Assembly (NCBI GenBank): GCA_030265395.1
Contig: JARFYF010000094.1
Coordinates: 18,800,557 to 18,864,556, forward strand
Direction of reading: 5' to 3'
Source: Rhina ancylostomus
Lineage: Eukaryota
DNA length: 64,000 nucleotides
The translations under genes were made by a program, and so were the position numbers. Of the stretch, positions 53,361 through 64,000 are shown piece by piece (positions within the stretch are counted from its first letter, which is position 1; each line of letters starts with the position of its first letter). Below the pieces are notes generated by a model. It had not been told where the DNA came from. It ran no database searches and was given only the letters and a program-made list of their open reading frames with translations.

Positions 53361-56249
53361 GGATATGTGTAAGAGGGCCACCAGCACTGCCTGCTTTGAC
53401 ACAAACAATGAGATTTTATTTAGTGACCCCTGGAAAATATATTTGTGATAAGCTCCTACTCAGGGTTCGGACTAATATATTGGATATCTTTGCCACCTGC
53501 TTTAAAACTGCCAGCAGCAGCAATGCAATGTAGAGCTTATGCATATCTAGAGCCAGTGACTTTCGGTGTTGAATCTTGACTGCCTCATATTCCAGGCAAT
53601 ATCACCCCAATTAGGTGATGCTGCAGTCTGCCACAGAAGGAAACCTTCCTCACAACATCGCATGCACCAAAACCTCATTTTAACAGTTTTTTTAACATTA
53701 TAATTCCTAGTTTTTATTTCTAATGCTATTTGTTAATTGTTATAGTTTCTCGCATTCAGGTATAACTTGATGCTTTCGTATAAATGCAAAATTTGATTGC
53801 ATCAAGTGCAAAGATTTATGATGTAAAGCATGATTAACAAAACATGGCCAATGTAGTATTTTTTGTTTGCGCCTTTTCAGCTCACAGATAGAAGTACAGA
53901 AGAACTGCATCATTCATTTTCTGTAACTCGATGCTTGTCCACTCAGTTATTGTTTCCCTTTCCTTCTCTCTGAGCTGAAGTTTCTGGAGCCTCNNNNNNN
54001 NNNNNNNNNNNNNNNNNNNNNNNNNNNNNNNNNNNNNNNTATCCTGGCTCAACAGGGCCATTAGCATAAAGGAACAGATGTCTTACAGCACTGCAGATAT
54101 GCCCACTTTTCTGGAGTTCAGCAAAGTCAGCGTGACATCTTGCCTACTCTGGTAGGAAGACGGTGAGCAGGTGGAAATTTTCAGACTTTTTCTGTTAAAG
54201 GCTGCTGAAAATGTTCCATTGCCATATTCTAGTGGCTCTTTTCTGATGTCAACTGATCATTCGGTTGAATTTCCATTGGGCATTTGCCTGTTGTGAAGAA
54301 ACTGCCGGGATTTTTGAGGTTGTGCTGACATAAAGTAAATCTTATAAGCAAATTTGCTAGAAACAGTGAATATGAAAAATGAATGTCTTGTATTATATGA
54401 CTTGTAAATTTTATGGACAAGGAATATTTTTGGGAAAATACATTTTTGGGATTTCTGGTTGAACCCCTTAGTTGGGTGGTCAATGTGCCCTTGAAAATGG
54501 AATCCAAGACTGAAGCAGGTAGCATTTTCCTCAGATTCCTAGCACTGCATCATCCCTATCTTTGTCACATGTGTATTTCCTCTGTTCTTTTAAATCTAGG
54601 AATTTGATGGTTACCTCTTTATGTTTATCTTCTCACTCTTCTTGAATGGCTAGCCACATTTCTTTCTCATTGTCCTTTTTTCATTTTTATTTGTATCCTT
54701 CTTTCTGCAATTAAAATAGGTGGAAATTCTCTCTTTTGAATCTATAAAATACCATTAAAAAATTACTGCTAAATTTTCCACAAACATGCACATGTATGTA
54801 GATATTGATCTCATTCTTGGATAGTCTTCCTACCATTCATGCTTTATGAAGTAACAGTTATCAAAATTCTCACTTAGTAACAATGAGTGAAACTAGTGCA
54901 GACTTAGATCCTGTAGCTCGTGGGGGCATTCTCAAACTGTCCATTCTATCAATTAGGGAATAGTGGATGACACATAAGGTTACGTGGAGTGTGTGCTGGA
55001 ACAGTACTGAGGAAAAAATGCACCAACAACGATAAAGAACTAAAAATGATCAAATCCATCTGTCAAAAGCTTGAAAGGCTACCACAGCCAAGGGATGATC
55101 TAATAAATAGGAGTTCTCAAAGGGGCTTGATCTGTGATTTTCCACCATTATTTTCTCCAGCTTTAGTTGACACTTTCTTCAAACAATTACTTCAAGCTTA
55201 ACCAGATATGTTTCCTGCTGTATTAAGAATACTTTGAGCACTACATTTATTAGTGAACAGCTGTGTTATAATCTCTGTCGAAATAAAGCTGGTGTAGCAC
55301 TATCTCAATGTTATCTCAGGTTATTTTTCTTCCCTTAAGACATTCTCATGATAATTCCTGCTCCAAGGTGCAATAAATCTCAGAAGTTACTGGTCATTTT
55401 CTTACAGACAATGAACATTAGTATTTCCTAGTCTTTGCAGATGGCATTCTGGCAAACTCTTGTGTGGCAGAATTTTACAATGATTCATGGCCCTGGTGAA
55501 AATTCCAAATGAAGGAAATTAGTGGAATTTGTTTGGAATTCTGATGCCTTTACATTCAATCCAGCAACCTAACTCACTGAGATTTTGCACACAGTGATTA
55601 TTGAACTTGTTGAATAATAAAAATTAATTTTTCTCCTCAGCTGCATTGTTTCACTAAAATCCAGATGCTGACATGTTCTTCAATGTGTTTTTAATTTGCT
55701 GATTTCTTTTAAAGATTTTTATATCATCAACTTTTTCTTTAGTCTTAGAACTGCAGCCAACACTTTTGGCAATTAAGTTTGACCTTGGCATTTGCAGGAG
55801 TAGAAGACAAATTACACAAGAATACTAATTAAATGTTAGAGATCTGCAAGCAGATTTGAAATAGCCATATTTCCTTAACTCTAGTGTGGCAAGTTATGGG
55901 TAAGTCTATGTTTGAAGTTCTGCATTGAAAGGATAGAGGGGCTGAGACTGACTGGCACTGGAAAACAGATGTGGACCTTGAAATATGTGATTAGTCTGGG
56001 TCTGCTTGAGGTCGCCTGCAGAATTTATGCTGCAAAATTATTATCACGAATGGTGTGACCAGCCAGTGCTAACTGCATGTTACTGGCCTTAATCCATACA
56101 GACCTGCTATAATTTTGGGAGTGACTAGCATCAGCTAGAGCTAGCAAGTGATAATTTACCACAAGTCTGCACCTCATAAAGTGATGGTTTATGGCAGCAA
56201 ATAATGGTGGAAATCACAGATCAAGTCCCTTTGCAAGACAGTGGTAACT

Positions 56250-56480
56250 GACCACAGCAGGAAGCACTGCTCATTTCTCTAATGCAGCATTTAAGCCACT
56301 GGGGATGAGGTAGAGAGGAAGAGAAATGACCTATCTCCTCAAATGGATAGGAGGCCGAATAGGTACTGTAGATGGTCAATCACTAGTGTGAGGAGGATGC
56401 AGTGAAAGTGATCGCAAGGAATAAAGCCTTAAGGAGCTGGACTCAACGCAGGAAGAAGTTTAATAACCTATGCAAGTCTT
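56250..56480 (+). pseudogene. Harbinger ORF2 remnant (Myb/SANT-like DNA-binding protein)
   Basis: A-HFSNAA..DEVERKRNDL and VIARNKALRSWTQRRKKFNNL resemble the R-W-QCRKKFNDL motif of Harbinger Myb-like proteins. Confidence 0.7.
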
Positions 56481-57429
56481 TGATATATCTATATCTCCCT
56501 TCTCTCAAAATGCAACATTACTCTCAGATACTGCTAAATACTGTACACTTCCACATTCATTTAACAAGTTTTTCAATTAAGAAGGACTCACTGCTAACAT
56601 TCATATATCACACAGCAACCTCACACACTTAACACTAATCCAATCTTTACACCCACATCTCACAGATAGAAGACAATGTCATCTAGACAGTGATGGCAGA
56701 GATGTCAGACACACACCACNNNNNNNNNNNNNNNNNNNNNNNNNNNNNNNNNNNNNNNNNNNNNNNNNNNNNNNNNNNNNNNNNNNNNNNNNNNNNNNNN
56801 NNNNNNNNNNNNNNNNNNNAGGACTCACTAAAACACGTTCTTGGTCCTGCAAGACAAGGTGGCACTCCTTTTCACTATATCTGGCACTGCCATCATTGAT
56901 ATGAAGGCTATGAAGGCTAAGTGTTACTTTAGCTCCACTAAGATCTCCACTGGAAGTAACACTGACAAGGAGGGCTGCTGGGGGTGAGCATCAGCAGCCA
57001 GGAGTCAAATGAATTGGGTTTCCGATCCTAATGTAGGCTAGCATCTGTCACTCAGCATGTCCCAAATTCTGGCAAGCCGTGTAATACTGGCACTTAGTTA
57101 AGAAGGAAATTTGACTATTCCTTTTGGAATCAATGAACACAGTTAGCTTCATTTACCCCTTTGTCATTTATTGCTACAATCCAAATTATTTACAATGTGG
57201 CCTATCCATGTATTATTGGCAAACTTAGATGAGTCATCTAATTTGTTTGTAGATATGGTAAATATTTAAGTTCCAACAATGATCCTTGCAAAATATCTTT
57301 TGTCACATCCTGTGAATTTGAAAACTAGTAGATTATACTTTACTCCCTGTCATTCAGCCAATTTCCTGATCTGATCAAAAATAGCCCTCAGTTCATTCTT
57401 GAATTTTGCTCCTAGCTCCACTGAGTATT

Positions 57430-58110
57430 GCAAGGCTCCTTCATAGTGGTCCAGCGATGGAAGTATTGATTCCAGATACCAATTTACATAGCGGCTTGGC
57501 ATTCTTTGTATCATGTTGTGCCCATGGGTATACTTTAAATACTGGCATCATTTCTGCAAATGTCACTAAATAGCCTTTGTTACACAATGGCTGTCCTTTG
57601 GTTTGTATTGATGGCTTGAATACAGACAGCAAAGCAGATGGCCAAGTAATGAAGATATCATAATTGCTGCCAAAATATCGGCATTGATGTGCACTAGCGG
57701 GTGTTCATGGTAACAAATGAGCTGAACATTGAGAGAGTGGAAACCATTTTGGTTGCAGTATATCTCAGAATTGATGTGAATCACTTGCAAAACACTGTCC
57801 TACAGTCAGTGACATTCTGCAGATGGAGACAGTAGCTACCCTCCAGAAAGTGTCTCTCCATCTGCTCTTCTCTGGCAAGGAATAATGAAACATTGTTGGT
57901 TCTCTGAACAGAGATCATCTGCAACCTCCTTGTGCAACAATGGCTGGCAAACTGGAAGATTTGCAAATATCTCCAGCTCCACTCCAGCTTGGAAGCAGCA
58001 TTAAAGGACTGTTAAAAGTACCAAGCCCTTGTAGAATCAAGTTAATCAGCAACTAACCTGCCAACCCAGGAGCAGGTATGATCATTGTCAATAGTATTGT
58101 TGATGGTTCC
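57430..58110 (-). pseudogene. Harbinger/PIF (HARBI1-like) DDE transposase remnant
   Basis: CFQAGV-AGDIC..QFASHCC, YCNQNGFHSLNVQLICYH (family motif NRKGFHS-NVQ) and LCNKGY (family motif LGDKGY). Frameshifted. Confidence 0.8.
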
Positions 58111-58129
58111 ATTCCATTTGCCCTCTACA

Positions 58130-58775
58130 GTGTGTGGGAAATCATGCCTCACAAATTTAATTGAGTATTTTAAGAAAAAAGAGGTGACTGAGAGCATTAA
58201 CAAGGGCAGAGTGGTGGATGTTGTCTCTGTGGACTTTAGCAAGGCTGGTCCAGAAAGTTAGATCACATGGGATCCAGGGTGAGGTAGCTAATTGGATACA
58301 AAATTGGCTTGGTGGTAGGAGTCAGAGGGTGGTAGTGGAGGGTGATTTTCAGATTGGAGGCCTGTGACTAGTGGTGTGCCACAGGGATTGGTGCTCAGTC
58401 CCTGTTGTATGTCAAATATATTAATGATTTGGACAACGGTGAAGAAGGTTATCTAAGAGCATAATGGGATCTTGATCAACTGGGTCAGTGGGCTGAGGAA
58501 TGGCAGGAATGGAGTTTAATTGTATTATGTTGTGCTTATGGGTATATTTCAAATACTGACATAATTTCTGCAAATGTCACACAGTGGTGGTCCTTTGGTT
58601 TGTATTGATGGCTTGAATACAGAGGGTAAGTACGAGGTGTTACATTTTGCTAAGACAAACTAGGGCAGGACTTACACAGTAAATGGTAGGGTCCTGGGAC
58701 CGTTGTAGAACAGAAAGACCTAGCGGTGCAGGTACGTAGTTCCTTGAAAGTACGACACAGGTAGACAGGGTGATT
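58130..58775 (+). mobile_element. CR1 LINE RT fragment
   Basis: GKSCLTNLIE-F, VDVVSVDFSKA, WIQNWL--R-QRVVV, VTSGVPQG and YINDLD motifs. Confidence 0.9.
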
Positions 58776-60479
58776 GTTTGTTCAGATGTAGATGGTTAAG
58801 CAAAGGTAAAAGCTACAACACAAACTCCAAAATGGCAGCACTACCATCAAGTCAGTATTGCACACAAAATGATGTCATGCTCTGCCCACTCACAAAATTA
58901 CAGCAAGAGACTCTCAGCAATATAATGTCCCCTATAACTCTCACCATAAAGAGCATGCATTTGTCAGACATAATTTTGAAATTTAATTGGCATCTAAGGG
59001 CATAACAGAAGCAAATTTTGTGCCCTTAAGACTTATCCATTTAATGTTTAAAGGGGGTGATAGGCTACAGTAGTTTACTGGATTTTGTACAATTTAACTC
59101 AATAATATTAATTATGCCACTGCTGAGAACATCTTTATTTGATCATTTATATGCAACATATATAGCATTAAGAGGAACAGGTACAGCTACTGAATTCTCT
59201 CAATACTCACTTAAAGAATGAGAATAGCTGATGGAAGGATTCCCAGTAGCCTTTATCCTTAAAGTGTCATGTTTCCCACATGTGGCAAAGAGGACAAACT
59301 GTCAAGAAGGAACTGCTCAATCAACTTTACTGTTACTTTCTGCCAAATGGTCCAAGCAGTAAAAAGATTGTAAGCAAGTTTAATGAAACAAGATTAAATA
59401 AGACTGATAAGTGATGTACAGCTATTATTTTTTAATGTTGCTGAATAACATGTTTTTTTTCTCTTTAGCCCAAGGTAAAAAGTAGTTTGTCTATATGTCA
59501 TTTAACCATAAGGAAGTTGAGGAAATTCTCAGAGTATTGATAAAGGCACACGACTGAAGCCTGTCAGCTGTATAAAGAGGGAACAAGTAACCAATACAAA
59601 AACATGAAATCCACCAGCAAACAAAATTGTTAATGAACAAATGAAAGCTTTGGGGTCTAAGACTTTTCCACTCAGTGTCACTCTTTACCATCCACCTTGG
59701 CAAGAAGATTTTCAACAGGACTGCAGTTTCTTAAAAAAAAACTTATAAAAGGATCACTTGTACAATTAAAACATACAAAGTCTTGGCTCCAATTTTGTTG
59801 CCTATCAATAAGTTTACATTAATAATATTGCTATTACATTCAATTTAAAGACCGCTTTGCCTCAAAATTATAGGGGTATTGGATTCATGCAAAGAAAACT
59901 AGATGTGACTAAATTTCCCCCATCCTCCCACAGAAAACAAAATATTCAAAAAAGTTAAACAATAAAATTATTGCAAGGAATAATTTTACATTTGTAGTAT
60001 TGGGTACAAGTGATGTTTATAATTCTCACAGTTGCTAAATACATTTATTTCCTACTTCTCACAGCAATTATTCTTCACATAACACATCATTCTCAAATAT
60101 ACCAGGTGATAATTAAATAATTTTATTTCTGGCATCTGGTTATATATTGCATCTCATTGCTAGGATCTCATATAATGGCTGACTGCTCTAAATTTGAGAT
60201 ATTCCCCATCAGTTCCAGCTTTCTTTCTGCTTTGCAAGTGGGTCTGCAGAGGTGGAAGTTCACTGTTTCTGGTCACCCTATTCTTCAACCTCTTTGCTGG
60301 TTTGGTCTCTCATTTGGTCGAAGGAACTGCATGCTGGATGCAAATCAAGAGTGATCAATTCAGCTTTGGATTTTATACAATAACATGTTGATGATTTTCT
60401 GTGAAGACGGTTGACATAAAGCAGATATAAGTTGAGACATCCTTTAGCAAAATTGTGAGATTTTATCACAAGCTGACAC

Positions 60480-60890
60480 ATGAACAGAAGAAAATCGGAG
60501 AAAGAGTCAGCCACCTGGTCCCTTAAATTTGCTGTCATTCAATATGATCATGGCTGATCTACCCCAGGCCTCAACTGCTCCTCTATGCCAAATGTCCATT
60601 GCCCTTAATCTCTCAATCTTCCAAAAATGTATCTACCTTCAATGTAACTAAGCTAGCCTCCACAACTCTCTGTGGTAGAGAATTCCAGAGATTCACCACT
60701 CTCTGCAAGAAGGAATGACTACATATTTTCGTTTTAAATGACCAACTCCTCATCATGAAACTATGTCCCCTTGTTCAAGTTTCTTTCACTAGTGAAAACA
60801 TCTCGACATCTACTCTTTCATGTCCCCTTGGGATCCTGTGTGGTTCAATAAGATCCCCCCCATTCTTCTAAACTCCAAAGAATTCAGACC
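60480..60890 (-). mobile_element. CR1 LINE 3' fragment
   Basis: Antisense tail (cattcaatatgatcatggctgatct), plus gaattccagagattcaccactctctg and cattcttctaaactcc. Confidence 0.85.
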
Positions 60891-62988
60891 CATACAGTAA
60901 AAAAAGATTAATGCCAACCATGTTTTGATGCTTATGAAAATGAGCATGTGATATTTAATATTCAGAAGCAAACTAGGCAAATTATAAAATATTATTTTTA
61001 ATCAATCTCAGCTTGATGACTATTCAATTATTTTTTGTTGCTGTAAAGTGAATGGAAGTATTTAATGACTGCATTATTTTGAATGCAAGTGGCCATGAGA
61101 CAAGAAATTCTCATCTAGTAGACAGACTGTATAACTGCAAATTGAAAAAAATTGGTGATTGATTATATTTTTCATTATATTTTGTGGAATCTGTTTTTTA
61201 CATCCAATATAAAAATTGTGCCTTGTGTCAGATTTCTTGTACTTCTGTGAATTACTCTCAACATACGAAATTGATTTAGACAATAAATGTTAGTCATTTA
61301 CTATCATGTTGAACCTTACAAACACTGGATGTAGGAAAAAAATCTGTGGTTTAAGTATTGTATGAACAAGCAATAACTAAGCATTGCCAAATTGATTATG
61401 GTTTACCTACTTCATGGCCTCCATTTCCTTAATATTGGACTCAGAGTGCAATAGATTGCCAGTTTATCATATGTTTGAGGAATGTGTTACAAGGTTATTT
61501 CTCATAATTAGCTATGGAAAAGTTACAGATTTTAAAAGTTCACTTGCTACCATTGCTGGTCTGGATAGTGTTTCCTCATGATTCAGTGGTACTGATGATC
61601 CACATTATTATTAATATTCTTGATGTGCAGACAGATTCATCAGTGGTGGTGGCCTGGTGATATACAAACATGAAAGAATGGCCCTGGGGGTCTTCAGTGT
61701 TGACTCTGGACCCAAAAAAATGTATCAAAGCATCAGGTCAAACATGGAGAAGGACATATACATTAGGCTAATTTATAATAAATTGATGTACAGTAGGGCT
61801 TGACATTTGTTTGGAGTTATTAGCAATAGATTTGATCATCAGTCAAAATAGGAAGTAAAAGAAACAAGCTGACCCAAAAGTGAACCATCTAAGCTTCAGC
61901 TTAAGGGAATCTCAAAGGGTTTTTATGTGGGGTTGGCAGACTCTAAGTAAAGAAATTGATTGGATCTGCCATGATCTGGGTGCAGAGGAGTTAATTTTAA
62001 TTTTACTACCAGTAAAAAAAAGGGGTAAAATTGAAGCAACATACTGTTTGAGAACTTGATTTTTTTTCCATTGAATTCTAGCTCTGGATTATGTTCTTTA
62101 TTGTAAGGGGCGGTATGGTACTTAAATAATACTCCAGATACTGAATGGGCACCAAAAACGCAGACGGAGACTTGGCAAGGGACATTGCAAACTATTTCTA
62201 TTCAAATGGACAGTGGCTTTGATGAGCAGTAATGATGCATCAAGACGTAATAACTAAATCCCTGGAAATCATGCCATGACTGAACATTCTATCCCATTCA
62301 GATAGTAATTCCATACATAGAGAAAGTGATGAATATACTGAATCTTGTAACTGTCACACCTTTCAGTTGCTTAGTGCATCTAAGCACTGCAGAATGCCGA
62401 ATGTGGTAGATGTTCTTCACAGTTGCTTGCAAGGATCCAATGGTACAAAAGGTTATTATTTTAACAATCTTCAATCTTGTGGGAAGAATTATCATTGTGG
62501 TAGAAATTGTCTGTAGGCCCACTGGAGAGGATATAAGTCTCTCCATAAAAGAGCAGCGTTTGTGAAGATGGGCATTTTTAATGTGCTAAGTATGACAAAC
62601 AACTGACAGATCTCAAGATAATATATTGAGTTTGGTCCTCCACCCATGACTTATTCTTATAAACTTGCCTTCCATTTATAAATCAATTGGGGGAACTTCT
62701 CCTCAAATACCCATCATTTTATTTACCATCACTTAATTTGCAGCCACAGTTTACCTACTGGAACAAATCAAACATTAAAATAGTACAATCAAAGCAAAGG
62801 AAACAACATACTGTTGACATAAACTCACAATGAAAATGATTTCATGTGTGACTTTCAGGTTGATGAAATAGTATAAATGGCTATTTGAGACATTTCTCCT
62901 GGATTTCCAATGGTTTTCAGTCAGAGATCAGCTTAACTGCTATTGAATTTCAACTTAAAACATACAGATGGGAACAGGAATGAATGCA

Positions 62989-63360
62989 CTAAAGAGGGAA
63001 CAGTTGAGTGCAATAGGTTTTCTGTCTATTTCTGGACAGATAACACTGGAACCAACAAAGAGAACTCCCAAGTAGATGTGTAAAATAGGTGGAACATTGG
63101 AGGGGGATGGTGTGGTCAAATGTGTCAAAGGCTGCAGAGAGGTCAAGAAGAAAGACCAGGGTTAATGCACCTAAACATGAGGATGCAAGTTGTGCCTTTG
63201 ATGAAGATAATTTCCGTACCATTAGCAAGGCAAAAGAATGAGTCCAGAGGGTCAAACATGAATTTGCAGAAAGATGGAATCTCTCCAAAGGAGAAAGGGA
63301 GTTTGGAGATGAAGCAGTAGTTTGGCAGAACCAAGAGGTGATGAAAGCAGATTTGGAAGG
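62989..63360 (-). mobile_element. L2-type LINE RT fragment
   Basis: LTLVFLLDLSAAFDTFDH..WFQCYLS-R-Q is the typical L2-clade RT motif. Confidence 0.8.
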
Positions 63361-63420
63361 GAAGAAAATCTATCAATTTACGNNNNNNNNNNNNNNNNNN
63401 NNNNNNNNNNNNNNNNNNNN

Positions 63421-63556
63421 CATTAACTCTGTCTATGCCCCTCATAATTTTGTAAACCTCTATCAAATCTCCCCTCATTCTTCTACACTCCAAGGAATAA
63501 AGTCCTAACCTGCTCAATCTTTCCCTGTAACTCAACTCCTGAAGACCCAGCAACAT
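63421..63556 (-). mobile_element. CR1 LINE ORF2 fragment
   Basis: ELSYRERLSRLGLYSLECRRMRGDLIEVYKIMRGIDRVN. Confidence 0.9.
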
Positions 63557-64000
63557 AGCTTGGGATAAGAATTACTTGGTGACCAAGAAAGGAAGGATGT
63601 AGCAGAGGTCGTGGACAGATGTTTTGAATCATAACATTTTATAAGTCTATGAACTCCTCATGCACGTTGGAGTGACAGTACAGAGCAGGATGGTGGCAGT
63701 GTTGGAAACGGTTGTAGTAAATGAAAAAAAGTTAGGACATAGGATGTTTACATTGCAAACAGCACATTTTCCTTCCATTCACGGTTTCTTGAAAAAGTTG
63801 GAAGTGCCTGAGGGTGATTGTGTGATGGGCTCAATTGTTTTCTCTCAATTATCACCACAACTTAAAATTCGGAAAAAGAATTGGACAATTTCGGAATTGA
63901 TTTTAATCTCCATGCAAAAGTAAAACATTTAACGTCATATACTGTATTTTGACATTGACGACCCGCCTGTCTAATTGCAGATTAGGTCAAATAAGCCACT

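Larger units (their letters stand above)
56010..59025. mobile_element. Fossil autonomous Harbinger DNA transposon (convergent Myb-like and transposase genes) with a nested CR1
   Basis: The two remnants above lie on opposite strands. A possible right terminus is aaattttgtgccc at about 59012-59025. The left end is uncertain. Confidence 0.55.

Noticed and set aside
53860-53993. Exon-like segment (plus-strand acceptor ttttcag; minus-strand charged ORF RLQKLQLREKERE)
   Set aside because: No matching donor or partner exons, cut by a gap, and no recognisable similarity to EFCC1.

Overview
AT-rich, repeat-dense vertebrate genomic DNA with assembly gaps. The repeat set (HE1-type SINEs, CR1/HER1-type LINEs, Penelope-like elements) points to a cartilaginous fish (shark or ray); this is an inference. 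The only host gene I can support is EFCC1 (EF-hand and coiled-coil domain-containing 1) on the minus strand. Six phase-consistent GT-AG coding exons run from 26281 down to a TGA at 6973. The large N-terminal EF-hand exon is not in the window, so about 26.3-64 kb appears to be intron 1. The introns hold decayed mobile elements: many CR1 and L2 fragments, SINEs, Penelope-like pieces with minimal hammerhead-ribozyme motifs, an endogenous retrovirus gag-pro fragment (apparent TGA read-through, possible 2H-phosphoesterase HxT motif), a rearranged Gypsy element, a two-gene Harbinger fossil and a Harbinger-like MITE. Most ORFs in the supplied track are spurious. I found no clearly novel biological system. 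The best leads are the hammerhead-bearing palindromic elements, the ERV architecture, a local templated insertion and a candidate poison or alternative-start exon. Protein identifications come from manual translation and remembered family motifs, not database searches. Repeat boundaries are approximate.
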